DNA of 63,870 nt, filler included, from Octopus bimaculoides (lineage: Eukaryota): the NCBI RefSeq assembly GCF_001194135.2. It is 5 parts of 4 records of this genome, joined end to end, with 100 filler letters (N's around TTAATTAATTAA, not from the genome) between each part and the next. Parts side by side here need not be neighbours in the genome. Positions count along the whole stretch, not along the records: positions 13,044 to 41,122 come from NC_068989.1; 4 more parts are not named here. One strand, 5' to 3'. The translations under genes were made by a program, and so were the position numbers. Below, one piece after another: positions 23,100 through 36,633 of the stretch. The notes under the pieces are model-generated. The model saw only the letters and a program-made list of their open reading frames with translations. It did not search any database and was not told where the DNA came from. The first letter of the stretch is position 1, and every line of letters begins with the position of its first letter.

Positions 23100-24990
23100 C
23101 AGTTAATAACTGCTTCAATAACTTAATCTTTTATTGGCAAGATATCAGATAAATGAAAGCAATGTCATATAGATGAAAGCAGTGCTATATTTTTGAAGCC
23201 AATTTAATTAAATGAAATTTGCTTCTTTAATGAGAAACCTGTTATTGTTTTTTGCTTCACAAATATTTCACTCTGAGTCAAACTTAAAACACGCATAGAT
23301 TTCATCTTTAATTTAGGCCAGTAAATCTCATTTGCAATGTACAATCAGATTGCAGTTCACAAAGTTCTTCCTCTTTTCTTAAAATCAAGAGGTTAGAGTG
23401 AGCAGAAAATCCAACATATAGATCCTTCATCTCATCATACACTTCTGTTGTTAGGGAAACAAAATATGGTTTAGTTTGCTTCAACAGTTCAAGTTTTCAA
23501 GAAGACTTGAAAATTTCTGATATCCATCTTTGTTCTTAAATTCCAACCGAAGTTGAAATATTTTTCTGAAGATTTAGTCTTTTTTAAATTCAAGAATCTT
23601 GTTATTTGAGACTAATACATTTTCTTTGAAGTCTTACAATGACTTGTCCACTTTATGCAATGGAAACTGTTTGCTAAATAGACTAACTCCTGCCTTTTTT
23701 TTATCTTCACTCTACTTGGCAAATTCTGTCTCATTGTTTTCTTCAAAGTATTCCTGTAATTTATCTTGAGCTCAAACACTCTACTTAGAATTCTTTCTCA
23801 ACTCAGCCACCAGATTTCTGTATTTAAGAAGAAATTTATGTGCTCTTTTTCCAGGTTTTTACACATTTTAAAACATTTTGGAGTGAACTAATCTTAGTTT
23901 AATAAAGTCAACCATTTTTGTAGCAGCATCAAAAACATTTCTCAGAGATTCTGAAATTAGCACCTCTCTGTGAAGAAATCAATGTGTTGTGACAATGCTT
24001 GCATTTTCTTGTTTTACAAGAGAAACAAAACCTCTTAGAGAGCTAAATCATTGAAGGGCACCATCAGTATGGATATCAGTACAGTACAATTCTTCCAAGA
24101 GAAACCTCTTGTTTTTACACTGAAGGATAAATATTAAACCTTATATCTATTTCTTTGTTTGTCTAAAGAAATCCATTGCAACAGGAAAAGTCTTTCAGAA
24201 CTTGGTGCTCATTAACAAGTTTTATAAAAGCTTTGGTGGCATTTATTGATAAGATCTGTCAACTCATCAACCTGGATAGGAAAAACTTCTGTTTTTCAAT
24301 TTATCACACAAAATATTTTCGGCATCATATGAGATGTCATCAATACATTAACTTATTGTTTTGCTTCAAGTGGAACATTTTCAATTTCTTATAATGATCT
24401 TGTCCCAGCATCTCACCTGCTAAAATTTTTACATGCTGGTATTTCACCAAGTGTGAGATTTTGCCTTTTCTGTGAAATCATTTCTGCAAGCAAATTAGCT
24501 TTTTACTGATGCTGATTTTACTTTAAAAAATGCTGTACTCTGTTCACTGTGAGTTTTCAATAGCCTTTTAAAATTAAGAACACTTTTATTTTTCAAGATG
24601 ACTGATTTGTCATTAAGTCATCATCATCGTTTAACGTCCGCTTTCCATGCTAGCATGGGTTGGACGATTTGACTGAGGACTGGTGAACCAGATGGCTACA
24701 CCAGGCTCCAATCTGATTTGGCAGAATTTCTACAGCTGGATGCCCTTCCTAACGCCAACCACTCAGAGAGTGTAGTGGGTGCTTTTACGTGCCACCGGCT
24801 CGAAGGCCAGTCAGGAGATACTGGCAACAGCCATGCTCGAAATGGTGTATTTTATGTGCCACCTGCACAGGAGCCAGTCCGGCGGTACTAGCAACGAACT
24901 CGCTCGAATGTCTTTTCAGCTCGAATTTTTCTAAATTTTGCCAGGTACATTGCTGCATTTGAAAGTTTTTTAGTAGTAACTGCATAAAAC
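23100..24990 (-). pseudogene. Decayed hAT Buster/Charlie-type transposase in a PLAA intron
   Basis: Minus-strand pieces: KKLSNAAM (BED-finger region, ~24950), TDGAPSM (~24050-24070), H.FLHREVL (~23960-23985), TEIWWLS and EEELCELQSDCTLQMRF (~23340-23400). These match the ZBED5/SCAND3/Buster family pattern. Many stops. Confidence 0.8.
24617..24920 (-). mobile_element. Young LINE 3' tail copy inserted into the Buster remnant
   Basis: Near-identical to 1-178 and extends further 5'; interrupts the BED-finger region. Confidence 0.85.
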
Positions 24991-25351
24991 CTCACTCAAA
25001 GAGATAAAGAGATTAGGTAGACATATAGCAGCTGTATTATGCACCACTTTTAGAAGATAGGCAGATACCATAGTAGCTGCCTTATGCTCCACTCAAGGGG
25101 ATGAAGAAGTAGCAGACTAATTCTTACTCCAAGGAGTGTAGAAATTAGATAGATATTATAGGAGCTAAATTCTGTTTCATGCTCAGGGGTTAAAAGGTTA
25201 GATTGAAACCACAACATTGGCCTCTGATTTGACAACTGAAAATGATGCATCTACTTGAAATAGCAGCTATAATAGCTTCCATAGAAACTTATATCTATCT
25301 CTGTATTTAAAAAATTCTCATTTTATTGTAATTTACTTTTTACCTTTTTAG

Positions 25352-25495
25352 ATAAGCTGCATGAGTTCAACAAGAAAACTGGGCATCTTCAAATTCCAGA
25401 ATCTTCTATCAATGAACTTTCACCTCTGATCTTAGGAACATCTTCAACACCAGAACTATTGACAACTTTAAATTCACTCTTGAAATGGCCTAAAG
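25352..25495 (+). CDS. PLAA: PLAA exon (144 nt), PUL domain
   Basis: CTTTTTAG| ... |GTACAT. Reads (D)KLHEFNKKTG...LNSLLKWPK, matching KL.E.N and WP consensus positions; phase is consistent with neighbouring exons. Confidence 0.88.
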
Positions 25496-26359
25496 GTACA
25501 TTAACTTTTTTTTTTTAATATTCAATAAGTATAGGCATGGTAATGTGGTTAAGAAGTTTGTTTTCCAATCACATGATTTCAGATTCAGTCCCACAATATC
25601 TTCTATAGTCCTAGGTTGAGCAAAGCCTAGGGCTATAGTAGAAGAGGATTTGGTAAACAAACTAAAAGAAACCTGCTGTGTATGTGTATAAACATACTAT
25701 ATAAATCAGAGTGTATGTGTGTTTAACCCCAAAAGGCTCCGAAACAGTGTGTCCTTGAGAAAATTAAAATTTGATTTTTGAAATCTGCATCCCAAAGAGA
25801 AGGTTGTCTGTAAATAATGTTAAAAAAATATAATTTGCTACAAGAAATAACTCAACTTTTTGATCGACAAATCCCCTATTCTCTATTTGTCACCATTAGG
25901 CTCTCTCCTTTACACTTTCCTTTCTATATGTATTATCTCTCACACATGCTGCTCCCTCTCTCTCTCTCTTCCTTCATATGAGATGCAATTACTTTCATTT
26001 TATGATACACAGCTATTTTGCACAAAAGGCTAGCTTCCAAACCCTGTTTTCTGATTAGGTAAAAATTATGAACTTTAAACCTCTGTAAAATTTTTCTAGA
26101 ATAAATGAATCACAAAATTGGATTCAACAAGTACATTGATATACTAAATTTGAAAATTTTCACCTAAGTTTAAAATTTCAAAATCATTTCACATCCAAAT
26201 TCTCTAAAACCACATTCTGAATTCAGATCCCACAGAGCTGAAATTTATCTTTGATCTCAGGGTGTAACAATAAAATAAAGGATAGATTTTTAACACCTAA
26301 ACATGCATCCATGGATGATCCCTTCCTACTTTTGAAAACTTTATGAAGTAATTTTGACT

Positions 26360-28245
26360 CATTGGTAGATATGTAACACTTTACAAGAAGATGCTGAACA
26401 AGGTGGGGAGCAAGCACACAGCCCTGCTTCATTCCACTACATATGTTGAATGCCTCTAAAGAAGAGCCCTTAAATTGAATGACGCCTTTCATATCTTTGT
26501 GAAATGATTGGACTATCCCGAGGATTCTTGGAGGACAGCCAATCTTGGCAAGGATTTTGAACAGGCTGTCTCTACTCACTTGATCAAAAGCCTTAGTGAG
26601 GTCACTGAAGGTGATAAAGAGTGGTTGCCTTTGCTCTCAGCACTTTTCCTATTACTGTCAAAGAGAGATCATGTTGATGGTGGAGTTTTCTGATCTGAAA
26701 CTGCACTGAGATTTGGAGTATACTCTCTCAGTGATTTTCTGTAGTCTGCTTAGGACCATGTGGGCAAAGACCTTCCCGATAATGCTTAACAGCAAGATAC
26801 CTCGGTAATTATTGCAGTCACTTTTGTCCCCTTTGTTCTTATATAGGGTGACAATGTTGCAGTTTCTCATGTCTTGCTCCCTCCTCCATCACTGACACAG
26901 TAGCTTCAGCAAGTGACTGAGTAGAACTCTCCTTGCACATCTGATGATCTCTGGTGGGATGCTGTCCAAACCCGGTGCTTTTCCAGTGAGCAAGCCATCA
27001 ATAGCTCTGCTCAGTTCTTCAGCAGTTGGTAGTGTATCCAGTTCCTCCATGCTGGGTAGGTGTTCTACAGTGTCTCGCATACTGTCCAAGGTGTTTACCT
27101 TGGCATAGAATTCAGAATAATGTTCCACTCATCTCTCCAGCTGCTCTCTTTTGCCTTTGATGATTTCCCCTGTTCTGGATTTGAGTGGGGCTATCTTGCT
27201 CTGGGTTGGGCTGATGGCTTTCTTGATATCCTCATACATTCTGCAAGTGTTGTCCATGTCAAACAGCAGTTGGATATTTACACATAGTTGTAACCAGTAG
27301 TCATTTGCACACTGTCGAAGTGAGAGTATCCACTCCAAACCATTGCTGCAGAGTTCTACCAACTTCAACAGTTAGTTCCTCATGGCAAAGCCGATACCAT
27401 GCTCAAAGTTTCATCTATGCCTTTCCCTTGCCAGAAAAGGTATACTCTCTTTCACAAAAGGTCCCTGAATCTGGGAGCCTCATTTCCTGGAGTGCTGCAA
27501 TATCCACTCGGAGTTGTGGCAGTTCATTGTTGATCACTGCTGTCTTACATGTGTCATTGATTTTGTTGAAGGTCCACTGACAAACCAGTTGTCATGGTCC
27601 TTATGTTCCAACATCCAAGTCTGAATGCTGGTTTTTTGCATCGCTTGCTTGCTTGTTTGTTCGTTTTTCTTGGTGCAATGTTTACAGCCCACGATTCAGG
27701 ATATTAGTTTCCCTAAGCCCCACACACTCAGTGGAGCAGGTGGACTGTGACAGGACTACTGGCTGGGGGCTGCCCAGCTTGAGGTGGGTGGTAGCTGTCC
27801 AATGGCCTCTCCCTCCAGCATGTCTCCCTTCTCCACTGCCACCAGTGTTATCCAAGGGAAGGGCAACGGTCAATACAACTTGACACCAGTGGGGCTGCAG
27901 GGTTTGCTAGAACAAGGTTGTTTACAGCATCAAACTGTCTTAGGGACTCCAGCTCTGGATTTATCCTTGGGGCTTACTCTGAAGCCTTTCCCTTAAGTGG
28001 GTATTGTCACAAGGCAGTGGAGTTGTTATTGCTGCTGTCTTAAGCAGGTAAGGGCTTAATAGGCAGCACAGCTAATAATGAGAGTTGCTTATTTGGATGA
28101 CCGTTGACTCTTCAGAGTTCATCCACCCTTTGACAGGTCTTGTATTTAATCCTGCATGGCAGTCAAATAGCAAGAAAAGCACCCTCCTCACAAAGCGAGC
28201 TCTGAAGGGTTGCCAGTTTAGTCACCGACAGCCCAACACCTGGCA
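26360..28245 (-). mobile_element. RTE-clade LINE retaining 5' UTR, start of APE endonuclease and N-terminal RT; internally deleted and 3'-truncated
   Basis: Reads LGCWNIRTM, VDIAALQEMRLPDSG, GKAPGLDSIPPE, TLYKNKGDKSDCNNYRGILLLSIIGKVFA and GMKQGCVLAP. About 550 bp of non-coding sequence precedes the ORF start. Confidence 0.88.
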
Positions 28246-28539
28246 CTTTTATTTCTGTAGTTAGCAAAAAATAAGTAAAAAAATGGAGAGAACGAAAGAG
28301 AGGAAAGGATGGTGTCCATGAGACACCACCCAGAGAAGGAACACAGCAGACTTTAACAGTAGTTAAGTTGTAAAAGATGAGAGGCTTAAATATATCAAAG
28401 GACAGTGTAGGAGTTACTACTGCTTATTACTAAAGTTGTGACTCTATTTTTATTTTGGGCTGTTGCCTAAGGAGAAAACCTTGTGGCAAACAGCTACACA
28501 CACAAGCTGTTTGGTTGATCTGGTGGCGGTGGGAGATGT

Positions 28540-29405
28540 TACAGGAAGAAAGGGAGCAAGCTAGAAGAAAGCATTTGATAGGGTTCCAAGGAAGGTGATT
28601 GAGTAGGCATTGAGGAAGAGAGGTGTACTAGAGGTAATAGTGAGGGCAGTGATGAGTTTGTATGAGGAGGTAAAGACGAGTTAGAATTGGATCAGAGCTG
28701 TCAGAGGAGTTTGCAGTGAAAGTTGGTGTGCATCAGGGATCTGTGTTGTCACCGTTGTTGTTTGCAATTGTGGTTGATGTGGTAACAAAGTGCAAGAGAG
28801 GGATTGATAATGGAGATACTGTATGCAGATGACCTTGTTCTGATGAGTTGAGACGATGGAGGGATTGAGGGAGAAGTTTTGGAAATGAAAGGTGTTTGAA
28901 GGTAAACCTCAGGAAGACAAAGGTGATGGTGAGCAGGGTGGAAGGAGAAATGTTAGTGAGTAAGGTGGATCCATGTGGTGTATGTGGGAGGAGAGTAATG
29001 GCAAATGCGGTGTTGTGTACGAGATGTGAGAAATAGATTCATGGTAGATGTACGAAAATGAAGAAGGTGACCCTAAGACTGGCGAGAGAGTTTGTTTGTG
29101 GAAGATGTGAAAAAGGAGCTGGAGGGGCTGACGGAACCAGTGGAAATGCTATGTATGTGACAAGGTGGAAACGGTGGAAGGGTTTTGTTATTTGGGAGAT
29201 AAGGTGGGTGTGAAGCAGCTGACAGCAAGAGAGAGACTTGGCTGGGTGAAGTTCAGGGAATGTGGAGCATTGTTATATGGGAAAAGGTTCTCATTAAAGA
29301 TGAATGGAAGGGTCTGTAAGAGTTGTGTTAGAGCTGCGATGCTGTATGGGAGTGAGACATGGTGTCTGAGGGAGAGCGAGATGGTAATTTTGAGGACTGA
29401 GAGCA
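28540..29405 (+). mobile_element. RTE-type LINE (divergent PHD-insert subfamily) fragment
   Basis: Reads GVHQGSVLSPLLF, YADDLVL, CGVCGRRVMANAVLCTRCEK.IHGRC and KSCVRAAMLYGSETW. Confidence 0.85.
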
Positions 29406-29869
29406 TTTTTTTTCTTTCATGAAAAGATGCCTCCTATCATTGTGAAGACTTTGATGAAAACATTGGAAATAATCCACATCANNNNNNNNNNNNNNNNNNN
29501 NNNNNNNNNNNNNNNNNNNNNNNNNNNNNNNNNNNNNNNNNNNNNNNNNNNNNNNNNNNNNNNNNNNNNNNNNNNNNNNNNNNNNNNNNNNNNNNNNNNN
29601 NNNNNNNNNNNNNNNNNNNNNNNNNNNNNNNNNNNNNNNNNNNNNNNNNNNNNNNNNNNNNNNNNNNNNNNNNNNNNNNNNNNNNNNNNNNNNNNNNNNN
29701 NNNNNNNNNNNNNNNNNNNNNNNNNNNNNNNNNNNNNNNNNNNNNNNNNNNNNNCATGAAGTAACAAATTCGGTGGGGTATTAAACTGTAGTTATGCCTT
29801 TTTTCAATAAAAGTTAACATTAACAGATTAATGATTAACAAAGTTAACTTTTTGATTAACAGTGCCCAC

Positions 29870-29952
<83 letters not shown>

Positions 29953-30516
29953 TCAGTCATTTAACATCTACCTTCCATAGATTAGACAGTTCAACAGAAC
30001 CAGATAAGTCAGAGGTATATGTCATGCTCCAGTGTCTACTTTGGCATGGTTTCTATAGCTTGATGCTCTTCTTAATGTCAACCATTTTACAGAGTGTACT
30101 GGGTGCCTTTTTGGTGGCACTAGCATTATTGCGGTTACCAAGTAAAAAGCCCCCTTGACTGAAAGAGAGTGTAGTTGAAGGGAAGCTTTATGCTAGGCTC
30201 TGAGAAGCTTAGATATGATAAAAAGAATAGGAACAGTTTCTAATTGTTACCTCATTATAGAAACATATGCATACAAACGCAAGCATCCTATCATTTCATT
30301 ATAATGTTAATGTGACATCTGTAAAGTGCACAGTTACTATATAAAATGTCTGGCAATAAACAATGTAGTATGAAAACATTTAGTAAGTGCCATGCATACT
30401 GGATTATTTGTTGTACCAAGCTTGGGACTTCAATTGATTTGGATTCCAGATTTTCAAATTTTCTGGTTCATTCAACTTTTACTTCATAATTTTCACCTAA
30501 AATATGATTTTTATAT

Positions 30517-30870
30517 AGTTCTATATTTAAGAGATGAGAAATTATGTACATTATTTACATTTGACGGATATTTGTCCTCATCTTGTTTGTTGTTAACACG
30601 TTTTGGTTGATATACCCTCCAGCCTTCTTCAGGTGTCTTGGGAAAATTTCAAACCTGGGTTCTCATTCCAATGGTATTTTTCGATGTTGTTATTATTATT
30701 GTTGTTGTTCAGGTCACTGCTTGGAATTGAACTTGGAATCTTGGGATTAGTAGCCCACACTCTTAACCACTATGCCATATAGCGTAGTGGTTAAGAAGGC
30801 TGGAGGGTATATCAGCTGAAACGTGTTAACAACAAAGATGAGGACAAATATCCGTTGAATGTAAATAATG
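30517..30870. mobile_element. Palindromic tRNA-headed repeat with hammerhead-like core, copy 2, with 14-bp TSD
   Basis: TATGATTTTTATAT at 30503-30516 and 30871-30884. Central tRNA-like head on - (A box TGGCATAGTGG, B box AGTTCAATTCC). Same left terminus as the copy at 7929. Confidence 0.8.
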
Positions 30871-31553
30871 TATGATTTTTATATGTCTACCATGTACCTC
30901 ATGGAAATGTAAACCCTTTAAGAAGAGAACAATTCTTTAAAAAATATTGAAAGAAATAAAGAACAAACTTGTATTTATTGACTTCCATTATAGCTTTTGG
31001 CAACTAATGTCTTCTGAAACAAGTTGACTTGTCCTTTTGTCCTTCCAAAGTCAATAAAATAAGTACCAGACTAAATACTGTTAGTGATAAAAACAACTAA
31101 AATTTATTGAGCATGATGCTCTAGCATGACCACAGTTTGGTAACTATTTTCAATTTGTTGTTTATGATGGTTCTGTGAGCAAGTTTTGTCCTTTGTTTTT
31201 ACAAGCGGGTACCCTTCTTACTTCCAACCTTGAAGCAGTCAGGCCAAGCAAACCAAAGGATATTAAACGCAGTGGCAAATATTAAAGTTTGAACTAATGA
31301 TCAATTGAATTAGTAGTCAGGAACATTACTTCAAGTATTTGTAAAAAATCTAAGCAAAAATTTACTTGGAGAGGTGACTAAAAGAATTACTTTAGGCAGA
31401 TAATTATTGATATGGTTGCTTATTGTCAAATAATTCTGCTCAGGTCTGATTGAATGTAGCTGTGTTAAACAGTCATTAAATGATATAATATAGTGATTAG
31501 TGATCATTAGAAGTAATGGCATTAATTAAATGTAATTATTTTCCTTTTTTCAG

Positions 31554-32134
31554 ATTATATTTTCCCAGCACTGGATGTTCTACGAATTGCAATTAAATCA
31601 GAAGCAGTGAATCAATATTTTTGCACTCCAGGAAATGGCAAGGAGATTGTTGAGTTTCTGAAAAATATGAGTGACTCTGAGCAATCAAATGCCAACAAAA
31701 CTGTAGCTTTACGAATATTGGCTAACGTCTTTGTACAAAAACCAGGAGAAACAGCTTGTCTCAGTGAAAGGGATTCAATTTGGGTATTACTTAACAATTG
31801 CATACCTGGTGCAACTAAAGGTATCCAGATTGCTTTGACAACAGTGCTTTTGAATTACTCAATCATCTACCTCAGTAAAAATGACCATGATGGTAAATCC
31901 CAATGCCTGACAATCACTAAAAAGCTCTTTGAAGAAGAAAAGCTAGACCAAGAAGCTATATTCCGTCTTTTAGTAATGCTCGGAAACCTATTACATAATG
32001 ATGAAATAGCACTTGGTATTGCAGCATCTTTAGGATTTGAGAAACACATTCAGCCATTGCTGGATACTAAAATGAATGTTGAAAAAGTCAGCAGTTGTGC
32101 TAAATATTTGCTGGAAAGGTTGAAAGTCATGTAA
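31554..32134 (+). CDS. PLAA: PLAA terminal exon, PUL (Cdc48/p97-binding armadillo-like) domain to stop codon
   Basis: TTTTTTCAG|. Reads (D)YIFPALDVLRIAI...VALRILANVF...IALTTVLLNYS...GKSQCL...EAIFRLLVMLGNLL...KVSSCAKYLLERLKVM*. The five exons total 1074 nt in one frame. Confidence 0.95.
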
Positions 32135-32287
32135 AACAGATTATTTCATTTTATCAGTGACTGTCTTACAAAGCTTTACTCTACTTCCTTGTTTTAACAT
32201 CAGACTGCTTAAGTACATTTTATCACATAAAGCTATCTAGTAAATTAATGGTATCTAAAGGCAAAAAGAAAATAACATCAGCAATTA

Positions 32288-32293
32288 AATAAA
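32288..32293 (+). promoter_or_regulatory. Candidate polyadenylation signal for PLAA
   Basis: AATAAA about 150 nt after the stop, with another at 32420-32425. The region is AT-rich, so this is weak evidence. Confidence 0.4.
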
Positions 32294-33739
32294 AATTATT
32301 TCTTAAAATATCAAATCTATATATAATTTATTCTATAATCAAGAAAGGAATTTTTTTCTCTCTGATTGGTGATGTGAAATTTAACAGCGTACATTTTCTG
32401 GAATGTTAGTAAACCAAGAAATAAATGCATAAATTTGGGGGTTTTACTTGTTTGGCAAATAATTTGTTCTGGGACTGTGTGTAGAATCTGAAATAATTAC
32501 TTCTTGATAGTCATTGATATCCATTTAAGACATGTACGTGTATAGGCAATGGCAGGCTATATGTGGTTAAGAAGTTGGCTTCATAATGTTGTGGTTTCAA
32601 GTTCAGTCTCACTGCTTAGCACACTGGGCAAGTGTTTTCTACTATACATCTGGACTGACCAATACCTTTTGAATGTAATTTGTTGACAAATTATTTGAAA
32701 GTCTGTTCTGTGGGGTGGGGTGCATGCTCATATATGCAAATGTTTATATTCCTTGCCAACATTACAACTGGTTACTTTACACTTTCAAAGACTGGTGCAA
32801 TAAAAAAATTTCTTAGCTTAAAAAACTGGTTAGGGTTGCTGATAGCAAGGTCATTTGGCCTTCCAGTTTATGCTCTTGTAGAAAATTAGGTATTATATGA
32901 AAGAATGGGGGAAGATTATTAGCTTTAATTAAATTTCACTGAGACTGAAACATACAGATATGTCTTTGTAGACAGAAGAGTCAGATTTTGCATTGTCAAC
33001 TTGTACGAAGCAATCCATTTAACATTGACTGTCCTTAATAAGGACAATCAATTGTTCAATAAGTTGGAACTCATTGAACACAGCATCTCACTTTGAAATC
33101 AAAATCAACAATTTCATACTTTATTCCTTTCCTTGTTTCAGTCATTTAACTGTGGCCATGCTGGAGCATCGCCTTTAGTCAAACAAATTGACCCCAGGAC
33201 TTATTCTTTGTAAGCTTACTTATTCTATCAGTCTCTTTTAACGAACCACTAATTTATACAAGTTCATTAATTATTCAAGAAGCTTTGTAGGGTGGAAGGA
33301 ATATTAAGTTTCTAGATGTGTTTGAAATAACATATACTGATAGGTCACACTTCAATAGAATCTCTGCATGAAATAATACTTTTGTAAGTTCAGTTCCTGC
33401 ATAAACACTCATACATATCTGTTAATAATCAGAATTTAAACTTTATTGTCTAAATAACTGAGATGAGTTATTAATAAAATTATAATTATTCATAGTCTTA
33501 ACCTTTTCTTTAGAGAGGGGAAACGTTTTTAATATTTGGTTGTAGGTGCAGACATGGCTGTGTTGTTAAAAAGTTTGCTTCACAATTTGTTTTGGGTTGA
33601 GTCCTATTGCATAGAAACTTGGACAAGTGTCTTCAACCTCGGCTAGACCATTGCCTTCTGTTCAATTTTGATTGAACAGAAATTGTACAGGAGCCCATAA
33701 CATGTTTGTATGTGTGTACATGCATGTGTATTTATGTGT

Positions 33740-33955
33740 GAAGCAAGTATGGTCTGTTGGATATGTGACATTAGTGAGTATGAACAGTGTAGCAAAAACG
33801 AACTGAGGAAAAGCTGGATATAAGAGGACTTGGATGTAGTGTGCAAGAAAGAAGTCTGCATATATACAGAAGATGACACCTGTATGAGAAATACAGGACA
33901 TTCACAGTGGATAGAAACTCTGCAAAAGGAAGATTTTAGAAAACCTGGGACAAAC
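33740..33955 (+). mobile_element. Decayed C-terminal fragment of the PHD-insert RTE LINE
   Basis: Resembles ELRKKLDI..L...QERSL and GR.RKTW. Confidence 0.5.
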
Positions 33956-35323
33956 AAAGATTGATCTCGGGATGCTGAACCTCAAAAAAGGGTTGCAACA
34001 ATTGGCAATACAGCACATGGAAAGACCTTTTCTCCCATGCAAGCATGACGTATATCAAAATGTTAAAATGATAGTGGTGAAAGCTGGGAGGTAATGTAGT
34101 TATTGCCCAGAAGTTAACTTTCCATTTGCTGTCCCTCCCCGCCTATATTTTAGCCTGTTATTCAGGATACTCTTGTTAAACTTTCATTTGTTCTTTGATA
34201 CCCTCTCATGTTTCTGACACTCTCTCCTATCTACTGTATCATCACTTAACTCTTCCCATCTTGCTTTCTGATATCCTCTCATCTCTGTTGTCATTTTGTT
34301 TCTTCTATCATGTTCACTTCTGTCACTCATCCCTCAGTCACCCATCTTTTCACTCACACTCTCTCTCTCTCATATCCATTTACTGTACCATCACTCAGAT
34401 TCACCCCATCATCATGTTACCTTGAACAGAGATACTTACAAGCTTGTTAGTGCTGGTGCCACTAATACACTCTGTGAAGTGGTTGGTGTTATTTTTGTGT
34501 TGAATAAATAAAATTAAGCAATTTATGGCATACTTACTATTTATGAAAATTGAAAATCGAAAATTGTAAGCAATCATCTTGATGTTTGGTGAAAAAAATA
34601 TTGAAATTTGGTGGGGAAAAAGTTTTTTCAGAATCATTTTTAAACGTGGAATCCCAAAAGCAAATTTTTAGGAAGAAAAAAACGCTTAAAACAAAAAATT
34701 TAAGTGAGGAAATATAAAAAAAAATATTTTTTAATCTGTTTATTTTGACGAAATCGTTTAATTTTTGTTGTAGAAAATAGACGAATCCAAAGGAAATATT
34801 TAAAAAAAAAAAAAGGTGGGGGCTATTCTATACATCGTTTGGACATTGCCGAATAGTTTCAATATTTCAACTTTCATTTTATCTTAAACCAAAAGAATGC
34901 ACAAACTATTTACTCAGAAGGGCAGCAGGACAAAATGCAAATTTTCTATTTTTTGATGGGTCCTGGTTTAGCTGCTCCATTTGCACTATGGTAAAAATGA
35001 CATGGAAAAAAAAACTGGTGCCCTCTTTCCTTCAGCTTATATTTATTTTGTTTACTGGCTAACCTATGTGTATGTATGTGATTCGTGAACAGAAAATATC
35101 ACAGAAAAACAAAGTTACAATTATTGAGTAGGAAATAAAGATCACGGGGGGGGAAAATGTCCCATTTCAATTAAATATCATATTATAATAGTTGAAGAAA
35201 TTAATAGCTCAAGTCATTAATACATGGCTTGTACACAATTATAGCATATGTATGTGGTAAACAAAATTTTCAGGTTTTACTCAGTATATTCAATAAAATG
35301 CTAAAATTCGCAACTAGATGAAA

Positions 35324-35710
35324 GAGCAAGCTGCCAACACCTAAGACAAACCTGCTCACATATTTATAACCATGGTGTGGAGTGAGCCAGTGTGATGATG
35401 ATGCACGCACACGGATTCACTCCGCATTTTAATGTTTGGTACTGGTAATGACCTCAAGCGCCCTGTTGGTGCTCATACTTTGTATATGGACGGGAATTTC
35501 GCCACAACCCCAAATATATATAAACAACTTTATCGTTCTTGTGTTTTATGGTTGTTGTGATGGTGTTACAACTAACAATGTTTACGCTCTTCTTCCAAAC
35601 AAATCCCGTGTCACCAGGAGTATGCTGTATGCTGCTTTCGCTTTCTATTTGTTTGGAGGAAGATCACAAGTCTGTCACAGACTTCCTGGAGTTTGACGCG
35701 ATCATCATCC
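35324..35710 (+). pseudogene. Mutator-like (MULE) transposase remnant
   Basis: From 35414 reads DSLRILMFGTGNDLK..GAHTLYMDGNFATTPNIYKQLY (first catalytic D), then VYALLPNKSRVT and VTDF (second D); frameshifted. Confidence 0.8.
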
Positions 35711-35765
35711 ACTCTAAAGTCACTAGATATATATTTAATGCCATGATAATATCATGTAAGTTCTT

Positions 35766-36633
35766 GGTGGACATTGAAATTAGACACTGAGGGGAAATGG
35801 CTGTAACTTTTTTATTTTTTTATTTTGACGATTTTCGTTTTCGATAATGTGTTCTATATGTCACGGTCATGCGATTCCCCCTTAAAAAAATTTTGGACCA
35901 CCCCTCCACTCCCCCACACACGGGGAGGGGGGTTCATTTTTGACATTGTGTTCTACATGTTCAGGTCGTACGAATAGCCTTCTCGCAACTTAGATGTGAA
36001 AATGAACGCCTTACATTTATATTGAAACAGAAAAAGGATCATATGTGGAGTCCCCACCACGAAACTTGATATGCTAGAAATAACAGCTAAACGCGGACAA
36101 TCCAAATCTTGCATTGGTCCAGATNNNNNNNNNNNNNNNNNNNNNNNNNNNNNNNNNNNNNNNNNNNNNNNNNNNNNNNNNNNNNNNNNNNNNNNNNNNN
36201 NNNNNNNNNNNNNNNNNNNNNNNNNNNNNNNNNNNNNNNNNNNNNNNNNNNNNNNNNNNNNNNNNNNNNNNNNNNNNNNNNNNNNNNNNNNNNNNNNNNN
36301 NNNNNNNNNNNNNNNNNNNNNNNNNNNNNNNNNNNNNNNNNNNNNNNNNNNNNNNNNNNNNNNNNNNNNNNNNNNNNNNNNNNNNNNNNNNNNNNNNNNN
36401 NNNNNNNNNNNNNNNNNNNNNNNNNNNNNNNNNNNNNNNNNNNNNNNNNNNNNNNNNNNNNNNNNNNNNNNNNNNNNNNNNNNNNNNNNNNNNNGGGGGG
36501 GTTCAAAAATTTTTTTAGGGGGAATCGCATGACCGTGACATATAGAATACATTATCGAAAACGAAAATCGCCAAAATTAAAAAATAAAAAAGTTACAGCC
36601 ATTTTCCCACAGTGTCTAATTCCAATGTCCACC
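35766..36633. mobile_element. Non-autonomous DNA transposon with ~140-bp TIRs and 8-bp TSD (MULE- or Merlin-like)
   Basis: Ends GGTGGACATTG...CAATGTCCACC; arms 35766-35905 and 36495-36633. AAGTTCTT at 35758-35765 and 36634-36641. Interior partly gap. Confidence 0.85.
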
